A model generated the notes under the pieces. That model was not told where the DNA came from. It saw nothing but the letters and a program-made list of their open reading frames with translations, and did not search any database. A stretch of 63,964 nt of DNA, filler included, from Saprolegnia diclina VS20 (lineage: Eukaryota): assembly GCF_000281045.1 (NCBI RefSeq). It is 11 parts of 2 records of this genome, joined end to end, with 100 filler letters (N's around TTAATTAATTAA, not from the genome) between each part and the next. Parts side by side here need not be neighbours in the genome. Positions count along the whole stretch, not along the records: positions 31,543 to 57,085 come from NW_008246068.1; 10 more parts are not named here. One strand, written 5' to 3'. Below are positions 44,714 to 57,185 of this stretch, piece after piece (the first letter of the stretch is position 1; every line of letters starts with the position of its first letter). Position numbers and translations under genes: made by a program.

Positions 44714-46305
44714 CTAAAAGTTGTGTCGGCTGTACATTTGGGACCCGAGACCACCGTTCGTCGTTGCTGTTGTTGCGGCGATCGGTTTGATCGGCGCGGT
44801 TGGGTTGTAGCTGGACTGGAACGGCCGCTTCCCGCCCGAGAAGAGCGACGCGTCGGGGTTGTTGGCGTCGTTGTTCTCGGTCGCCACCGCCCCGATGCCG
44901 GGTGCATACCGCGCTTGGCGCGTGTACCGACTGCCGGGCACGCTCGAGTTGTCGGGGCCGCCACTTGCCGGCGGTAGTGGCTCAAGCGACGAGCTGCCAA
45001 ACATTGTGTTGGCCGCGGCCGCCATCGTATTACGCGGTGCGGCCTTGCCCGACGCCGAGTTGACACTATTACTTGTGCGGTAGTTGGCGTTGGCCGAGTA
45101 GTTTTCGCTCGGTGCGGCCGGCTGAAATGCGGGCGGGGGGTACGGGCCGTGGGTCGTGGAGGTCGGTGTCTTTTGGGCGACGCCGGGAGTGGTCGACGGC
45201 GACTTGTCCGTAGGCGTGAACGTACCCGCCAGCGATGTGGCCTGTTGCGGAGCGTTGGGGGTGGGGATGGACGGTGGGATGTTGGCGTTCACTTGGAAAA
45301 ATGGATATTGCAGGGCTTGGCTCGACGTCGGTCGCTGGTTTGGGTCGTACTTGAGAAAGTCTTGCATGAGCTGAATCGCTTCCGGGCTCGCGTGCGGAAT
45401 GATGGACGCAAGTGACGTCGACACGAACTGCGGGAAGCGGTAGTTCATCTGCGCGGCGAGCTTCATGCCTTCCGGCCAGCTCGCGTGCGTCGGGTTCCCG
45501 AGCACAGAGCAAATCTTGTAAATCTGGTCGCCTTCGCTCGAGCCCGGAAAGAGGGGTCGCAGCGTGAACATCTCGGCCATGATGCAGCCCATGGCCCAGG
45601 CGTCGATCGGAGAGTTGTACGTCGTCGAACGCAGTAGCACCTCGGGCGCGCGGTACCACCGCGTCGAGACGTAGTCGGTGAACGGCGGCCGTGATCGGAT
45701 CTCACGCGCCAGGCCAAAATCGGCGACCTTGACGACGTCACCCTTGACGAGCATGTTTTCGGGCTTGATGTCCCGATGGAAGAAGCTGTGCTTGTGCATG
45801 AACGCCAGCCCTTGCAGCATCTGGTACCTAGACGCAGCGACCACATCAGGATTCATGCTTCCTTCCTTCTCGACGTACATGAGGTTGCGGATCTTGGACT
45901 CGGGGAAATGGCGGTTCCGCTTCTTCATCGTCTCGTACAAGTTGTTTTCCATAAACTCAAACACGAAGAAGAGCTCGTCGTTCTCGCGAATCACTTCCTT
46001 GAGCTTGATGATGTTGGGGTGGTTGAGCTTCTTGAGCGACTAGGCGTCCATGGATGAGCATCCTTGACCTTGTCGTAGGAAGTGCATGTAGTACCTTGAC
46101 CTCCCGCAGCGCCATGCACTCTTCCCACGTGTAGAACTTCTTCTTCATCTTCTTGACGGCCACCTACATGCATGGACCCTCGTCGTCTTCCTCGCTCCTC
46201 ATGCGCATGGTGGCGTACGACTTCGCCCGACGTCCGGTTCACGGCCTTGAGCACCGAGCCGTACGTCCCATCGCCGAGCTGCTTCGTGATCTTGTACCGG
46301 TTCAT
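44714..46305 (-). CDS. CMGC/RCK-family (MAK/ICK-like) protein kinase, multi-exon
   Basis: [48 protein letters not shown] and [27 protein letters not shown] (TDY activation motif). Confidence 0.96.
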
Positions 46306-46781
46306 GCCCCGTCGCCGCCCTTTTGCCCACTGAGCCGACGCTTTTTTTAACCCGCCGTTTCGTTGAGAAACCGCAGGATTAGATAATGCTTTCAAACGTT
46401 ATGTATAATAAAAAACACAATTCGCACATGCGTCTCGCGTCTTGCATTGAGATCGCGTCCACCTAGCATCCACCAGCTAGGCTAATACATACCTATATAA
46501 CTTGGTGATCTTGCCATGGGGATACATGCGTAGTCCCTATGCAAGTCGTACAAGTATGCATGAACCGGACGCCGTAAGAGCCCTCCGCGGCTGGCGATTC
46601 GCGGTGTGCGAACCGGTTAGTCGAGACGACGATGAGGATCGAGTCGGCTTCTTCAGCGCTGCGAGCCAGGTGTACGAGCTGGCCGTTGATGGTGCAGTCG
46701 CTGGCCAGTCCATGCCACCACTCCATGTTATCCGGACAGCCTTGCCTGCGAATGCCAATCATACGGATACTCTGTGTCGGG

Positions 46782-49208
46782 ATGTGGTCGACGACGGCAG
46801 CGCTTCTGTTCCTGGCGACGTCCGTGGCCGGCGAGACGGCCTGCCCCAATGCATCGGCGCCGACGGCGACGCTGGTTGCGGGCTCGGCCTGCGAAGGCAC
46901 CGACAGCACGCTCTGCTACGTCGACCGGACGTGCACCACGGTCGCCCGTGCGGCGCTGACGGCCAAGTCGCGTGTCGCCAACGTCTCGCGCGTCGGCGAC
47001 CTCTCGGCGTACAGCGGTAGCCGCCTGTACGTACCACTCTCGCTACTGCACTCAGAATTGGACATGATACACTGTCTTGCGGGCCGTAGGTTTTTCGAAG
47101 ACAGTCCGCGCTTGGTGTTTGATGAGAGCTTCCGCTTCCCGCCCTACCTCTTCGTCTTGTGCGACTTGACAAGAAACGCGATAGACTCATACCATGAGTG
47201 TCTAGCGGCGTCGAGCGATGCAACATGAGCGCGCTGCCGCCGGTGCCGTCTTCGGCGCTCTTCACCGAACTGTGCGAGCTGCCGTACCGACTGTACTTCA
47301 CCACCGTGGGGTAGGTACTTGCGCTTCAACCGCCTCACGCGCCTTCCGACCATGAAGCTGGCCAAACGCATGTCGGAATTGTAGGTCCTATTGTCGTCTG
47401 CTATGAAGTTCATTCCTCATCATGCATGCGTCGGTAGCTGGGCCGACAACAACTTGCTGACAGACGTGGCGCCGATCCCGATCCCGACCTTTGCGCTGTA
47501 CGTCACGTGTGGTCGCATCACCTCATGGCAGCTCTAGTGTCCTGGACAACAACCGCATTGAGCAATTAGTCAACCTCACGCTCGACACACAGCGACTGTA
47601 CGTACTGACGACCACGCTATTGTCATCGAACGTGCGGTGTATGCAGGTACTTCAGCGGCAACCCGCTCACAACGATCCGCAATGTGAACTTCTCCTCGAG
47701 CGTCACCCTCTTGTATGTTGAAACTTCTGCGATCCTAGAGATATGTCCTCATCGGCGTCGATGGATGTAGCAACTGCTCGGACTGCCACCTCACGACTTT
47801 TGCACTGACGCCGTCGTCGTACGAGACGCTCAACAGCCTTCCGCCAAACCAATTTCTTCTCGGGTCGACGACCCTCAACGCCTCGGCGTGCAATGCGACC
47901 GGTGGTGCTATCTCCGTGCTTCAGACGCACTTTGTGGCGTGCGTCGCGCAGCCCGCCGTCGTCATTACGGCGCCGGCCCACACCGCAAGCGTCCTGCCGT
48001 GGGTCGTTCTTGCCGTCGTCGGCGTCTTCGTCGTTCTCATTGCGTTCGTCATGCGGCTTCGCTGTCGTCGGGCGGCAGCCCACAAGGCCGACGACGACGA
48101 CGAGAAGCGCCCGACGCGAACCATCACGTTTCCGTCGTTCTCGGACCGGTCGACCGACTTGGACGCTGGTGGCGACGATGATCTGCGCGCCAAGCTCAGC
48201 CAATTGCAGCTGCACCGCGTCGAAGTTGGCGAGGTTCAGGTCGGCGCGTTTGTCGCGGAAGGCGGCCATGGCGCCGTGTACCAAGGCACGTACCGCAACG
48301 ACACGGTTGCGCTCAAGACGCTCTCGCCCCACAAGATTTCTGCGTCCAATGTCAAGAGCTTCCTCGACGAGATTCTTCTCCTCTCCACGTACTACGCATT
48401 CGCATTTCTTCGTTTGCGTGACATGACCTACTAGCCTCGACTGCCCGTATATCGTCCGGCTCGTCGGCGTCGCGTGGACCAAGCCCGCCGATGTGGTCTG
48501 TCTCCAAGAGTTTATGGACGGCGGCGACTTGCGCACGCGGTTGCTCGACGACGCGCCGTTCTCGTGGACCGACAAGCTGCTGTGCGTGACGCACCTTGTC
48601 GACGCGCTCGTCTACGTGCATTCGCTCAACGTACTCCATCGCGACATCAAGTCCCGCAACGTCCTCTTCCGACGCGACAAAGCGGTGTGGAAACTCGCCG
48701 ACTTTGGCATTGCGCGCGAGGTTCGATATCATTATTTTCGAAATTGAACTATCGCATGGGATGCTAGGACGCCGACGGCACAATGACGTGCGGCGTCGGC
48801 ACGAGTCGGTGGACCGCACCCGAGGTGCTGCAGGGACAGTACTACTCGTCGGCTGCCGACGTGTACTCGTTCGGTACATCAACCCGGTATGCTGAACGCG
48901 ATGACAATATATATCTGCTAGGCGTCGTGCTCTCGGAGCTCGACACGCATGCGCTGCCGTACGCAGAGGTGCTCGGGCCCAACGGACAGCCACTCTCTGA
49001 GGCGACGCTCGTGCACCGCGTGTGCGCTGGCGAGTTGGCGCCGACGTTTCGAGCGAGCTGCCCGGTGTGGGTGCGCTCCTTGGCGACCGCCTGCCTCTGC
49101 GCCGATCCCGCGCTGCGCCCGACAGCGCTTGTGGTAGCGTCGCGCCTCCTGCGCCTCAAGCTTACGGATACTGGCGAAGCCATCACCGACGTCAACGCGC
49201 ACGCGTAG
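46782..49208 (+). CDS. LRR receptor-like kinase (signal peptide, LRR ectodomain, TM, TKL kinase), multi-exon
   Basis: MWSTTAALLFLATSVAG signal; LRR pieces YLRFNRLTRLP, VLDNNRIEQL and YFSGNPLTTI; TM VLPWVVLAVVGVFVVLIAFVM; kinase HRDIKSRN, DFG and GTSRWTAPE. Confidence 0.88.
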
Positions 49209-49461
49209 TGTCAACCTTCCTACCCAGACACGCTTCGATTGCACATGACAATATTGTATCATACTTTCTAAAACCTCCACAAAAATCTACTTCAAAATCT
49301 CCTATGGCCAATGTACTGTACACGTACGGGGCAAGACAGAACGCCACCCAATTACTGTAGTCCACCCATTTATCGACTACTAGTATGCAGTGCCACCATT
49401 CAAGTATCGCATTCGAATAACGCAAAAAAATGTTGGAAAATATGGAAAAAAAGCAACGTCG

Positions 49462-52203
49462 CTACACAAAATACATGCGGCGACGGAGGTTCGAGTGCAC
49501 TTCCAAGAGACGTCCCGTGGCTTCGCTGTAGACGCTGCTGGCGTTCGACGCCGTGTCGCTGCCGCCATCCAGCTGGAAAAAGCGCGCACGGAACGCCACA
49601 AGGTGCGAGTAGTAGGCGGCGGGGACAATCGAGACCGACCGCGTGCAGCGCACAAACGTGTAGCACATGCGAAACGTGAGCAGCTGGAGCTCGTCGGCCG
49701 TAAAGCCAATCTCGTCCAAGAGCACGTGGTAGTGGGCCGGGCGGCTCGTGCCTTGGAGGCCCGCGTGGCTCATCAGGTAGAAGTCGTGCTCGGTCGGGTG
49801 GCACACGCCCGTGTCAATGACCGTGCCCGCCTTCACGTTGCCGCTGCGGTCCGCGTCGGCCGCGTTGCCCGCAAAGAACCGCGTGTGGTGTCGCTTCTGC
49901 ACAACCACAAACGTAATCGCGGGGGCATAGCCCGGCTCGAGCGCGGCGCAGGCCCGGCGGAGCGCCGTCACCTCGTAATCGAGCACCATCTGAAACTGGC
50001 CTTCGCTCACGCCGTCGCGGTAAAACAGAATGCGAGCCGGCTTTATGCGCGCTTCCGCGTAAAACGCCTTGAGCATGTCGGTCGCGAGCTCCTCGAGGTC
50101 CTGAATCTGCTCGACGCGGTGGCCTTGCTCCTTCATGACCGACGCGTACTTGACCGCGTGGCGGTCGACCGACGCCACGACCGCTGCAATCGACGGGCGC
50201 GTCTTGTCCAGCGGGCTCGGGTGCGTCACGTCGGCGCCAAACACAATCGTTGGCGCTTGCGACAGCTTGGGCAGCGGGTCCTTGCACACCGTGTTGACGC
50301 CGCCGAGCTTGGCGTTGACCTTCAAGAGCACGTTGCCAATGTACTGCGAGTTCTTCTTGGGAATGTGCTTGGCCAGCATGCACTGCGACGGGATGCCAAA
50401 CGTCACGTCCGACGCGCGCTTGAGACCGCCATAGAGGCCTGCGTCTTGCATCGGGCTGATGCAAAAGATGATCTGCGGCGCCAGCTTGTACTGCTTGGTC
50501 GCGGCTTGGACAGCCTCGTAAAAGAGGTCTTCGATCGGCTCGTCGCGGCCATTGCGCACGAGGACCGGCGGCATCGCAATCGAGCCCATGCCCAGCTCCT
50601 TCGCTTGCTTGAAAAACTGAGCAAAGAAATCGTGCACGTCGTCAGCTGGCATGCGGCGCGGTTCGCAGAGGCTAATGATCGCGCACGACTTGAACGTCGA
50701 CGGCGACTGAAACGTCTTGGCGCGCATGTTCCACTGGCCGCTGCTTGGGCGCTCAAACGTGTTCTTGCCGTACGCCATGTCGGGCTCGGGCAGCTGGCGC
50801 GCCTCGACCGAGAGCATGGTCGGGCTCACGCGCATGCCAAAGGCTTCGAGGTTGTTGTCAGCTTCGAAATGGGCTCCCTGCACTTGGGCTTCAATGCGGC
50901 GGCGGCGGTCCTCGGGCGCCGTGCACGTAAACTTGATCATGTTGGCGACCTGGTTCTCGTTCACCTTGCGCACAAAGCGCTGGCCTTCCATCGTCACGCA
51001 CACCTCCATCGGCATGTAGAGCTGCTTCGCCGGGTTGCCAATGTGGAGGCACGGCAGCTCCGGGTGGCGCAGCGACACGCCATACTGCTTGCGAAAGTAG
51101 GCCGCGACCGACGTCATCTTGCCGTCGTGGTCCTTGAACTTGGAGTCGGTCGCCGACTTGGGCGAGAGGCCATTCACGCGCGCCGTGCGCTTCTGCGTAC
51201 CGCGGTGCGTCACTTGGATCTTGACGCCGCGCCACATCTTGTTGGCGAGCGAGTGCTGCGCCTTGCCCCACGTCTTCGGCAGAGCCGGCCAGTTGCACGT
51301 CGAGAGCATAAAGTTGATCGCAGGCATCGCTTCGACAAACGCCGTCGCCGCCATGTCAATGTTCAGCGTAAGCTGCGACTGCGTCGGGCGCAGCGACTGG
51401 TGGTACCCGTACCACATCATGGCGCCTTCGCCGAGCGCCTGCGCGTTCACGTTGCTGAAAAAGTTGCGACCGACCGCCGTGTAGCGCAGCGAGGCAGAGT
51501 AGCGCGCGGCCACGTCCAGCGCCTGGAGCGCGTCGTACGGCGTATAATTGAGCTGCCCCGCAAAGAGCGCTGCAATCTGGCTCGTCCGGACCGCGACCGC
51601 GTCCGTCGCCTTGACGACCACGTCAAATGTCTGCGTGCGCTCGTCGTCCGTAAACGTCACCTTGAACGTCTGCTTCTCAAACGGCAGCGGCGTTGACGCG
51701 TAGAGGTTGCGAATCGAGTCGGTCACGACCGCGACGCCCGGGACTTCCGTCTTCAACAGCGTCACCAAGTGCATGAGGACCTTGGCGCAGAGATGCTTGG
51801 GCGGGAGCTCCTTCAACGGCGCCTTGCCTTCCATGGAAAACGACGTGTCGTAGTGGTACACGTCGCCGTGGGTCGGGTTCAAGGTGACACGAAAGTGGTT
51901 CGCCCACACAACCGTCTTCTTGCCGACCGTGCCAAAGCCGGGACGGACCGGGTACGACGTGTTCGTTACCGAGCGCAGCAGCACCGACTTGGCCGGCGCT
52001 GGCGGCGGGGCCAAGCTGAGCGCCGACATGCTCTGGGACAGACCACGGCCACCGTCGCGGCCGCCACCACGCCCACCATCGCGGCCACCGCCACGACCGC
52101 CGTCTCGACCACCGCGTCCGCCACCGCCACGTCCACCGTCTCGGCCACCGCGCCCGCTGCTCTCGAAGCGTCCGCCGCCACGTCCGCCACCTCGAGCGCT
52201 CAT
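49462..52203 (-). CDS. AGO: Argonaute (AGO clade) with RGG-rich N-terminus, intronless, DEDH catalytic tetrad
   Basis: RPGFGTVGKK..ANHF, GYHQSLRP, PAZ region, GQWNM, QCM, KVNAKLGGVN, GADVTHP, HRVEQI, YRDGVSEGQF, QKRHHTR, QGTSRP and PAAYYSHLVAFRAR. Confidence 0.98.
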   Translation of the reverse strand: MSARGGGRGGGRFESSGRGGRDGGRGGGGRGGRDGGRGGGRDGGRGGGRDGGRGLSQSMSALSLAPPPAPAKSVLLRSVTNTSYPVRPGFGTVGKKTVVWANHFRVTLNPTHGDVYHYDTSFSMEGKAPLKELPPKHLCAKVLMHLVTLLKTEVPGVAVVTDSIRNLYASTPLPFEKQTFKVTFTDDERTQTFDVVVKATDAVAVRTSQIAALFAGQLNYTPYDALQALDVAARYSASLRYTAVGRNFFSNVNAQALGEGAMMWYGYHQSLRPTQSQLTLNIDMAATAFVEAMPAINFMLSTCNWPALPKTWGKAQHSLANKMWRGVKIQVTHRGTQKRTARVNGLSPKSATDSKFKDHDGKMTSVAAYFRKQYGVSLRHPELPCLHIGNPAKQLYMPMEVCVTMEGQRFVRKVNENQVANMIKFTCTAPEDRRRRIEAQVQGAHFEADNNLEAFGMRVSPTMLSVEARQLPEPDMAYGKNTFERPSSGQWNMRAKTFQSPSTFKSCAIISLCEPRRMPADDVHDFFAQFFKQAKELGMGSIAMPPVLVRNGRDEPIEDLFYEAVQAATKQYKLAPQIIFCISPMQDAGLYGGLKRASDVTFGIPSQCMLAKHIPKKNSQYIGNVLLKVNAKLGGVNTVCKDPLPKLSQAPTIVFGADVTHPSPLDKTRPSIAAVVASVDRHAVKYASVMKEQGHRVEQIQDLEELATDMLKAFYAEARIKPARILFYRDGVSEGQFQMVLDYEVTALRRACAALEPGYAPAITFVVVQKRHHTRFFAGNAADADRSGNVKAGTVIDTGVCHPTEHDFYLMSHAGLQGTSRPAHYHVLLDEIGFTADELQLLTFRMCYTFVRCTRSVSIVPAAYYSHLVAFRARFFQLDGGSDTASNASSVYSEATGRLLEVHSNLRRRMYFV

Positions 52204-52259
52204 TGACGAGAAGATGCTCAAACACGAAATGGTCAGTTGGAACCAGGCCGCCCGGTATG

Positions 52260-52370
52260 ATCGGTTGCCATTGGCTGCTTTTCCGATATTTTAGCCAATG
52301 ACAGACCACAGATAGACATGTGCACGCGGATTGGCCAATGTCGCTTCCATTTTAAACAACAGCCAATCAA
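52260..52370. promoter_or_regulatory. Cluster of CCAAT/ATTGG boxes upstream of Argonaute
   Basis: cattggc, agccaatg, gattggccaatg and agccaatca within ~110 bp. Similar clusters occur at ~15910-15950, ~53226-53260 and ~58510-58565. Confidence 0.55.
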
Positions 52371-53351
52371 ACGCCACGGAGAAGGCCCAGCTCGAATCTT
52401 CGATCTTGCCGGATAGAACGCGACAGGCAACGCTCTGTCAACTCGCTTACATGCAACTAGCGAGCTCTACTGTTGAAGAAAAGACACTATAGACCAGTAT
52501 ACAATGTGTACTAGAAGCACCGATGGGTCCACCTTATTAGGGTGCGTGTTGTCGCTATTCAATGTGAAATTTTCTTGTTTTAGCACTTTTAACTTTCGTT
52601 CACCAACTTTCATTTCCCAACTTCCGTTCATCAACTTTTATTCAACACCTCGAGGTCACGGACTTGAGGTCCTAGTAGACCGTTGGTCACGTCCTCCATC
52701 AAGTACTACATAGCTGCCATAGCTGCTGCCATCCCAATCGAAGCCGCGTCTGTCAAGATGCATATGGCACTTGGTCAACCAACCACCTTTTGTCTAGTCC
52801 GTAGATTCCTGCATCACTCGCAGGAGGTGCGGAGTTCGAGGCCCGCTGCCCTTTCTTCTCTGCCCACGAGCGTGTCATCCGAACCAACAAGTCGGCTCTT
52901 GACTGCGTCCAACTGCCTACGCAACAGGGCCGCCAAGAAATGGACCCCTTGCGGCGATTGCTATCGAGACTCTGAGCCAAGCGCGTTGCATTTGTGGTTT
53001 AAGAACATGGAGATCCGTAGGCGTGACTACATGTGCGATGGTACCCTGGGTAGGACCTAGGGTACAAGGCCAAGGACATTTCCAGCTCCATAGCCCATAG
53101 CTTTATATGCTGCTCGATTCACGTCAGCTGATCCCATGCTGCCGACGCCAGAGATGGCGGGAGGTCGACATCGGCGAGATGTTGTTCTCTGCATCGAAAT
53201 CTTCCGATTGCAATGTCGCGATGCCATTGGCTGGAATAGCATGTATTTTGACCAATCATGTGCGTCCACTTGGGTGCGGTCATGGGATTGTGGCGCTACA
53301 CTTGGTGTTTGTATTGCCAAGCACGGAAATAGCTGCTGTCAGTTTTGGACG

Positions 53352-54412
53352 ATGGCGACGCGGGACTTGACGCGGACGTACGTGGCGCTGCGCAAGGACG
53401 TCAAGGCCAAGGTGGCCCGGCGCCGGCAGATGGTCTCGCCGGACGTCCACATGGAGGGCAACTCGCTCATCCGCAACGACATGCGCTCGGACCTCGACGT
53501 GGAGATGGCCAAGACAGCGGGCCCGACGCCGGCGTGGGTCGACGCCGTCACGGACGTCAACATTCACATCGCGCGCGTCAAGCTGCTCAGTACGCCTTAT
53601 ATTGGCATTGACACCTGGGCTTATGCATGTACGTAGTGGAGAAGCTCGGCAAGATGCACACAAAACGGCTCATGGTGCGCTTTGACGGCTCCGAGTCGGA
53701 CCACGAGCGCGAGATTGAGAGCATTACGGGCGAAATCACGGGCGAGTTCCGCAACGCCGAGCGCATCCTCAAGGCCAAGATGAATGGAAAGGACGGCGTG
53801 TCCGAGGCCGACGCCAAGGCCCGACAAAACGTCCAGCGGTACAATCGCCATGTTGCAGCGTAGGATGTAATCTCGTGTCTAGCGCGCTGGCGACGCAGCT
53901 ACAGTCGCTCTCGGCCGACTTTCGAAAGAGCCAGAAAGAGTACTTGGACCGTGTCAAGAACCAGCGCCAAGGCCCGGCCGAGTTCGAGTTTCTCTCGGAG
54001 ACCAAAAAGACCAAGACATCGGGCCTCGACGTAAGACCTGTGCGCCATAAGCTCCAAGATGTCATATGGCTTCATGGCGTAGGGTGGGTTCATGCAGGCG
54101 CAGATGGCCGAGGTCGAGCTCGCCGAGGACCTGATCAACGAACGCGACCGCGAAGTGCAGCAAATTGCAACGTCGATCCAGGAGCTCGCAACGATCTTCA
54201 AGGAGCTCGCAGTCCTCGTGATCGACCAAGGCACGATCCTCGACCGCATCGACTACAACATGGAGCAAGTCGTCGAGCGCACACAGGCCGGCATCGTCGA
54301 GCTTGAGAAGGCCGAGACGATCCAGAAGAGCGCACGGCCAATGAAGTGCATAGGCATTCTCCTCGCGCTCATTACGGCCATGACGATCATCCTGATGCTA
54401 AAACACATGTAA
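53352..54412 (+). CDS. STX16: Syntaxin-16/Tlg2-type Qa-SNARE, 4 exons
   Basis: N-peptide MATRDLTRTY, PAWVD, LQSLSADFRKSQKEYL, SNARE motif ERDREVQQIATSIQELATIFKELAVLVIDQGTILDRIDYNME, and a C-terminal TM. Confidence 0.93.
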
Positions 54413-55330
54413 TTGCATGCGCACAGGGTTATCAACTCAGTCGCTGCCTCCTACGGAATGACAGCGGCGTTCACTAGGACACGAAACTACCGTGCTTGGT
54501 TGACTATAGCTATCATGTTAGTTGCCGACGTGTAGCTTGGATGCTGCCGCTGCGTCGTCTGACCAAAAAATCGATGTCGGATTTGGTTGCGCTCTGGTGC
54601 CTTTCTTGCTTAACTCCACTCGAGTAGTCATGTTTTGTTGGCTGGATAACTGTATCAGTGATGGATACGTGTGCAGGATAGGATAATGACGAGTACCGAA
54701 CTCTAGTACGGGATGGGTGGGTTGGGGAAATCGGCCGGCGAGTTGAGCTGGCGAGTTGGGTTTGATCGCGATTCTTGAATGGGCGCATCCGATTGGCTGA
54801 AAATAAAAAGCGCTTTTTAACGCTCGTGGTCCTAAGACCCGACTTGCACGCGTTCTCGACCTCCAATGACGACGCAACCTGGTGCGCTCTGCTCTTCAAA
54901 GGATCTTGTATCAACTTGCGACGTTTATACGTGTGCGCTAAAAAACATGATGTGGCCCCCGAGACCCTCGCCGCGAGCGCTGTTTGCAGCGCGTCGCTTC
55001 TGATTGGACAAAATACGTCTATTCAGACCAATCACATCGCTGGATGATGGTAATCTGGCACCGCGGACTCGCTGGTTTGCCCGTATTATCGTGAGATGCC
55101 AACGTTGCGCTCAACTACGATATATGTACAAGCCCGTCCAGTAGTGCCCTTACAAGCGCACCGCGCCGGGTCGATTAGCTCCGACAAATTCTTCGTCTTT
55201 TCCACTTCACTCCGGACCAAAACTCGTTGCTATCAACTCAGTCGCGGAGATCGAATTCAAGAACACACCCTCCCAGCACGAATGCAATCACGCCTGGCAA
55301 CAGACACGTACATGCATAAACACAGCAGCA

Positions 55331-56269
55331 TTAGAGGTGCACGCCCATCCAGACGACATTGGCGTTGGGGCGCGGTGCAAAGCCAAACTTGGCCATCATC
55401 TTGGCACTCGGCGTGTTGCCGACCTTGATGGCCGAGAACGGGCGCAGTTGGAGCGCGGCGTGCATCGGGCTCTCCTTCAAGAAAGTGCGGACCGCCGAGA
55501 GCGTCGCGTGGACGGCTTCGTGGGCAAGCCCGCGGCGCAGAAACGTCGGGTCGGTCGAGACAAGCCCGAGGGAGAAGTCGCCGTGGATCACACAGGACGA
55601 GACCACGTCGCCGGTCGCTTGGAGTCGCACGACGCGCGCAAATTTCGAGTAGAACGGATGCGACGCGAGAAACTCAATGTACGCCGCGTCGTACTCGACC
55701 GTCGCGAGTGCAATGACGCGCGCCGCGTCACTTGCCTTGAGTGTGTCCATGACAAACACGTCGTCACCGTCGGCCCATGCCTGCCCGAGCGCGTGGCTTG
55801 GCGTCGTCGGCATACCGGCCATGCTGAGCTGATCGTGGACCTCATACGTGTCGCCAACCCACGCGACATCGTGTGCGATGGCCGACGTGGCCGGCACGAG
55901 TCGCTCGGGAAAGGCGCTGAGCGTAAAGTACGGGTGAACTGCGCTCGCGGTCGCCGCCACCGCGCCGAGAAGACGCTGGAGGGCAGCAGCGTGGTCATAG
56001 CCACTGCGCGACTCGGCGCGAGGCAGCCAAAAGCGCGCCAAGAGGGTGTCACGCACGGTATAATGAATGACGTACGCCAGACCGGCGACCGACCGCAGGT
56101 GGGCTGTGTCGGCGGTCGAGGCCACGCCCACCACGTAATCGCCATCGAGGGCGAAGAGGTGAAGGTCCGCGTCGTCGGCGCCAAGGATGGCGCCGAGTGG
56201 CCCGATGAATTCGGGCGGCAGCGGCTCGGACGCGAGCGCGCAGAAGGTTGGCACGACCTCGGTTCGCAT
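55331..56269 (-). CDS. GNAT-family acetyltransferase (C-terminal FR47-like domain)
   Basis: LGLVSTDPTFLRRGLA (motif A) and PFSAIKVGNTPSAKMMAKFGF (motif B). Confidence 0.75.
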   Translation of the reverse strand: MRTEVVPTFCALASEPLPPEFIGPLGAILGADDADLHLFALDGDYVVGVASTADTAHLRSVAGLAYVIHYTVRDTLLARFWLPRAESRSGYDHAAALQRLLGAVAATASAVHPYFTLSAFPERLVPATSAIAHDVAWVGDTYEVHDQLSMAGMPTTPSHALGQAWADGDDVFVMDTLKASDAARVIALATVEYDAAYIEFLASHPFYSKFARVVRLQATGDVVSSCVIHGDFSLGLVSTDPTFLRRGLAHEAVHATLSAVRTFLKESPMHAALQLRPFSAIKVGNTPSAKMMAKFGFAPRPNANVVWMGVHL

Positions 56270-56554
56270 GGCTCGCCAGATTAGAAATTGCTTGCATGTC
56301 ACTCTTTCACATTCCTATCCGGACGTCCGGATGCGGTTGGGAACAGAGGCGAACTCAGCACCGAGGAGGATAGGGAACTGTTTAAGTGCGCTTGATTTGT
56401 CGAGTAGGTGCGATCTCGCGCACAAGATGATTCCGCTGCTGCAATTGAGCTGTCGTTCCTAGTGCGTGCGCGACGGAACGGCGGCGAAGACATCGTTGAG
56501 GCGTGCTGTGGTTGGCGTTAATCAGTACGACGACCTAGTATTTATAACGTAGTC

Positions 56555-56887
56555 GTCCGGCCGCGCCGCGTGCGGCGTCGGTTCTATGTGCTCGGTCGGT
56601 ATCCGGATTTATTCGGATGCGGGCTCGGACGGTTTCGTTTGAAACACACCCGACGGCTTGCACTCCTCTGTCGGGCGGTCCGAGTACAGGAGCCTGCGTA
56701 CGACCTCGCGCGAGCTATGACTCGGCGAGTGGGGTCCACCACGGGATGGATCTCTCCGTACGCAACTCACTCCCAACGACCCAGCGCTGGAGCCAACTCC
56801 CACGCATTCAGGCGTAGCGCTACGTATGCGAAGTCTTTGTGTCATAATGAAGATAACGCGGAACACGTTCATATATATATATATATA
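56555..56887 (+). mobile_element. Structured SINE-like element ending in an (AT)n tail (5' boundary approximate)
   Basis: The 3' ~120 bp recur at 60781-60896. Multiple perfect stems; (AT)n tail at 56871-56887. Confidence 0.65.
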
Positions 56888-57185
56888 GTTGGAGAAGAGA
56901 ACGACACACTCGATCGTTGTGGACAAGCTAGACGGGCGCCCATAGTGCGTGTGTCTAGGGTCCATTGTCGTGTGTCGCGAGCAACGACGACCTGCCGAAA
57001 GCCGTGAACACGTACTGTATTACCGAAGCTTTACCGATATAGTGCAGACATATTGGCGAGACATGAAACAGTGTGCGACACAAAGNNNNNNNNNNNNNNN
57101 NNNNNNNNNNNNNNNNNNNNNNNNNNNNNTTAATTAATTAANNNNNNNNNNNNNNNNNNNNNNNNNNNNNNNNNNNNNNNNNNNN

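Noticed and set aside
49390..51696. 768-aa ORF antisense to Argonaute (similar shadow ORFs lie opposite OPT, thrC and the GWHWYN genes)
   Set aside because: Expected by-product of strong GC3 codon bias on the coding strand; it has no recognisable motifs.
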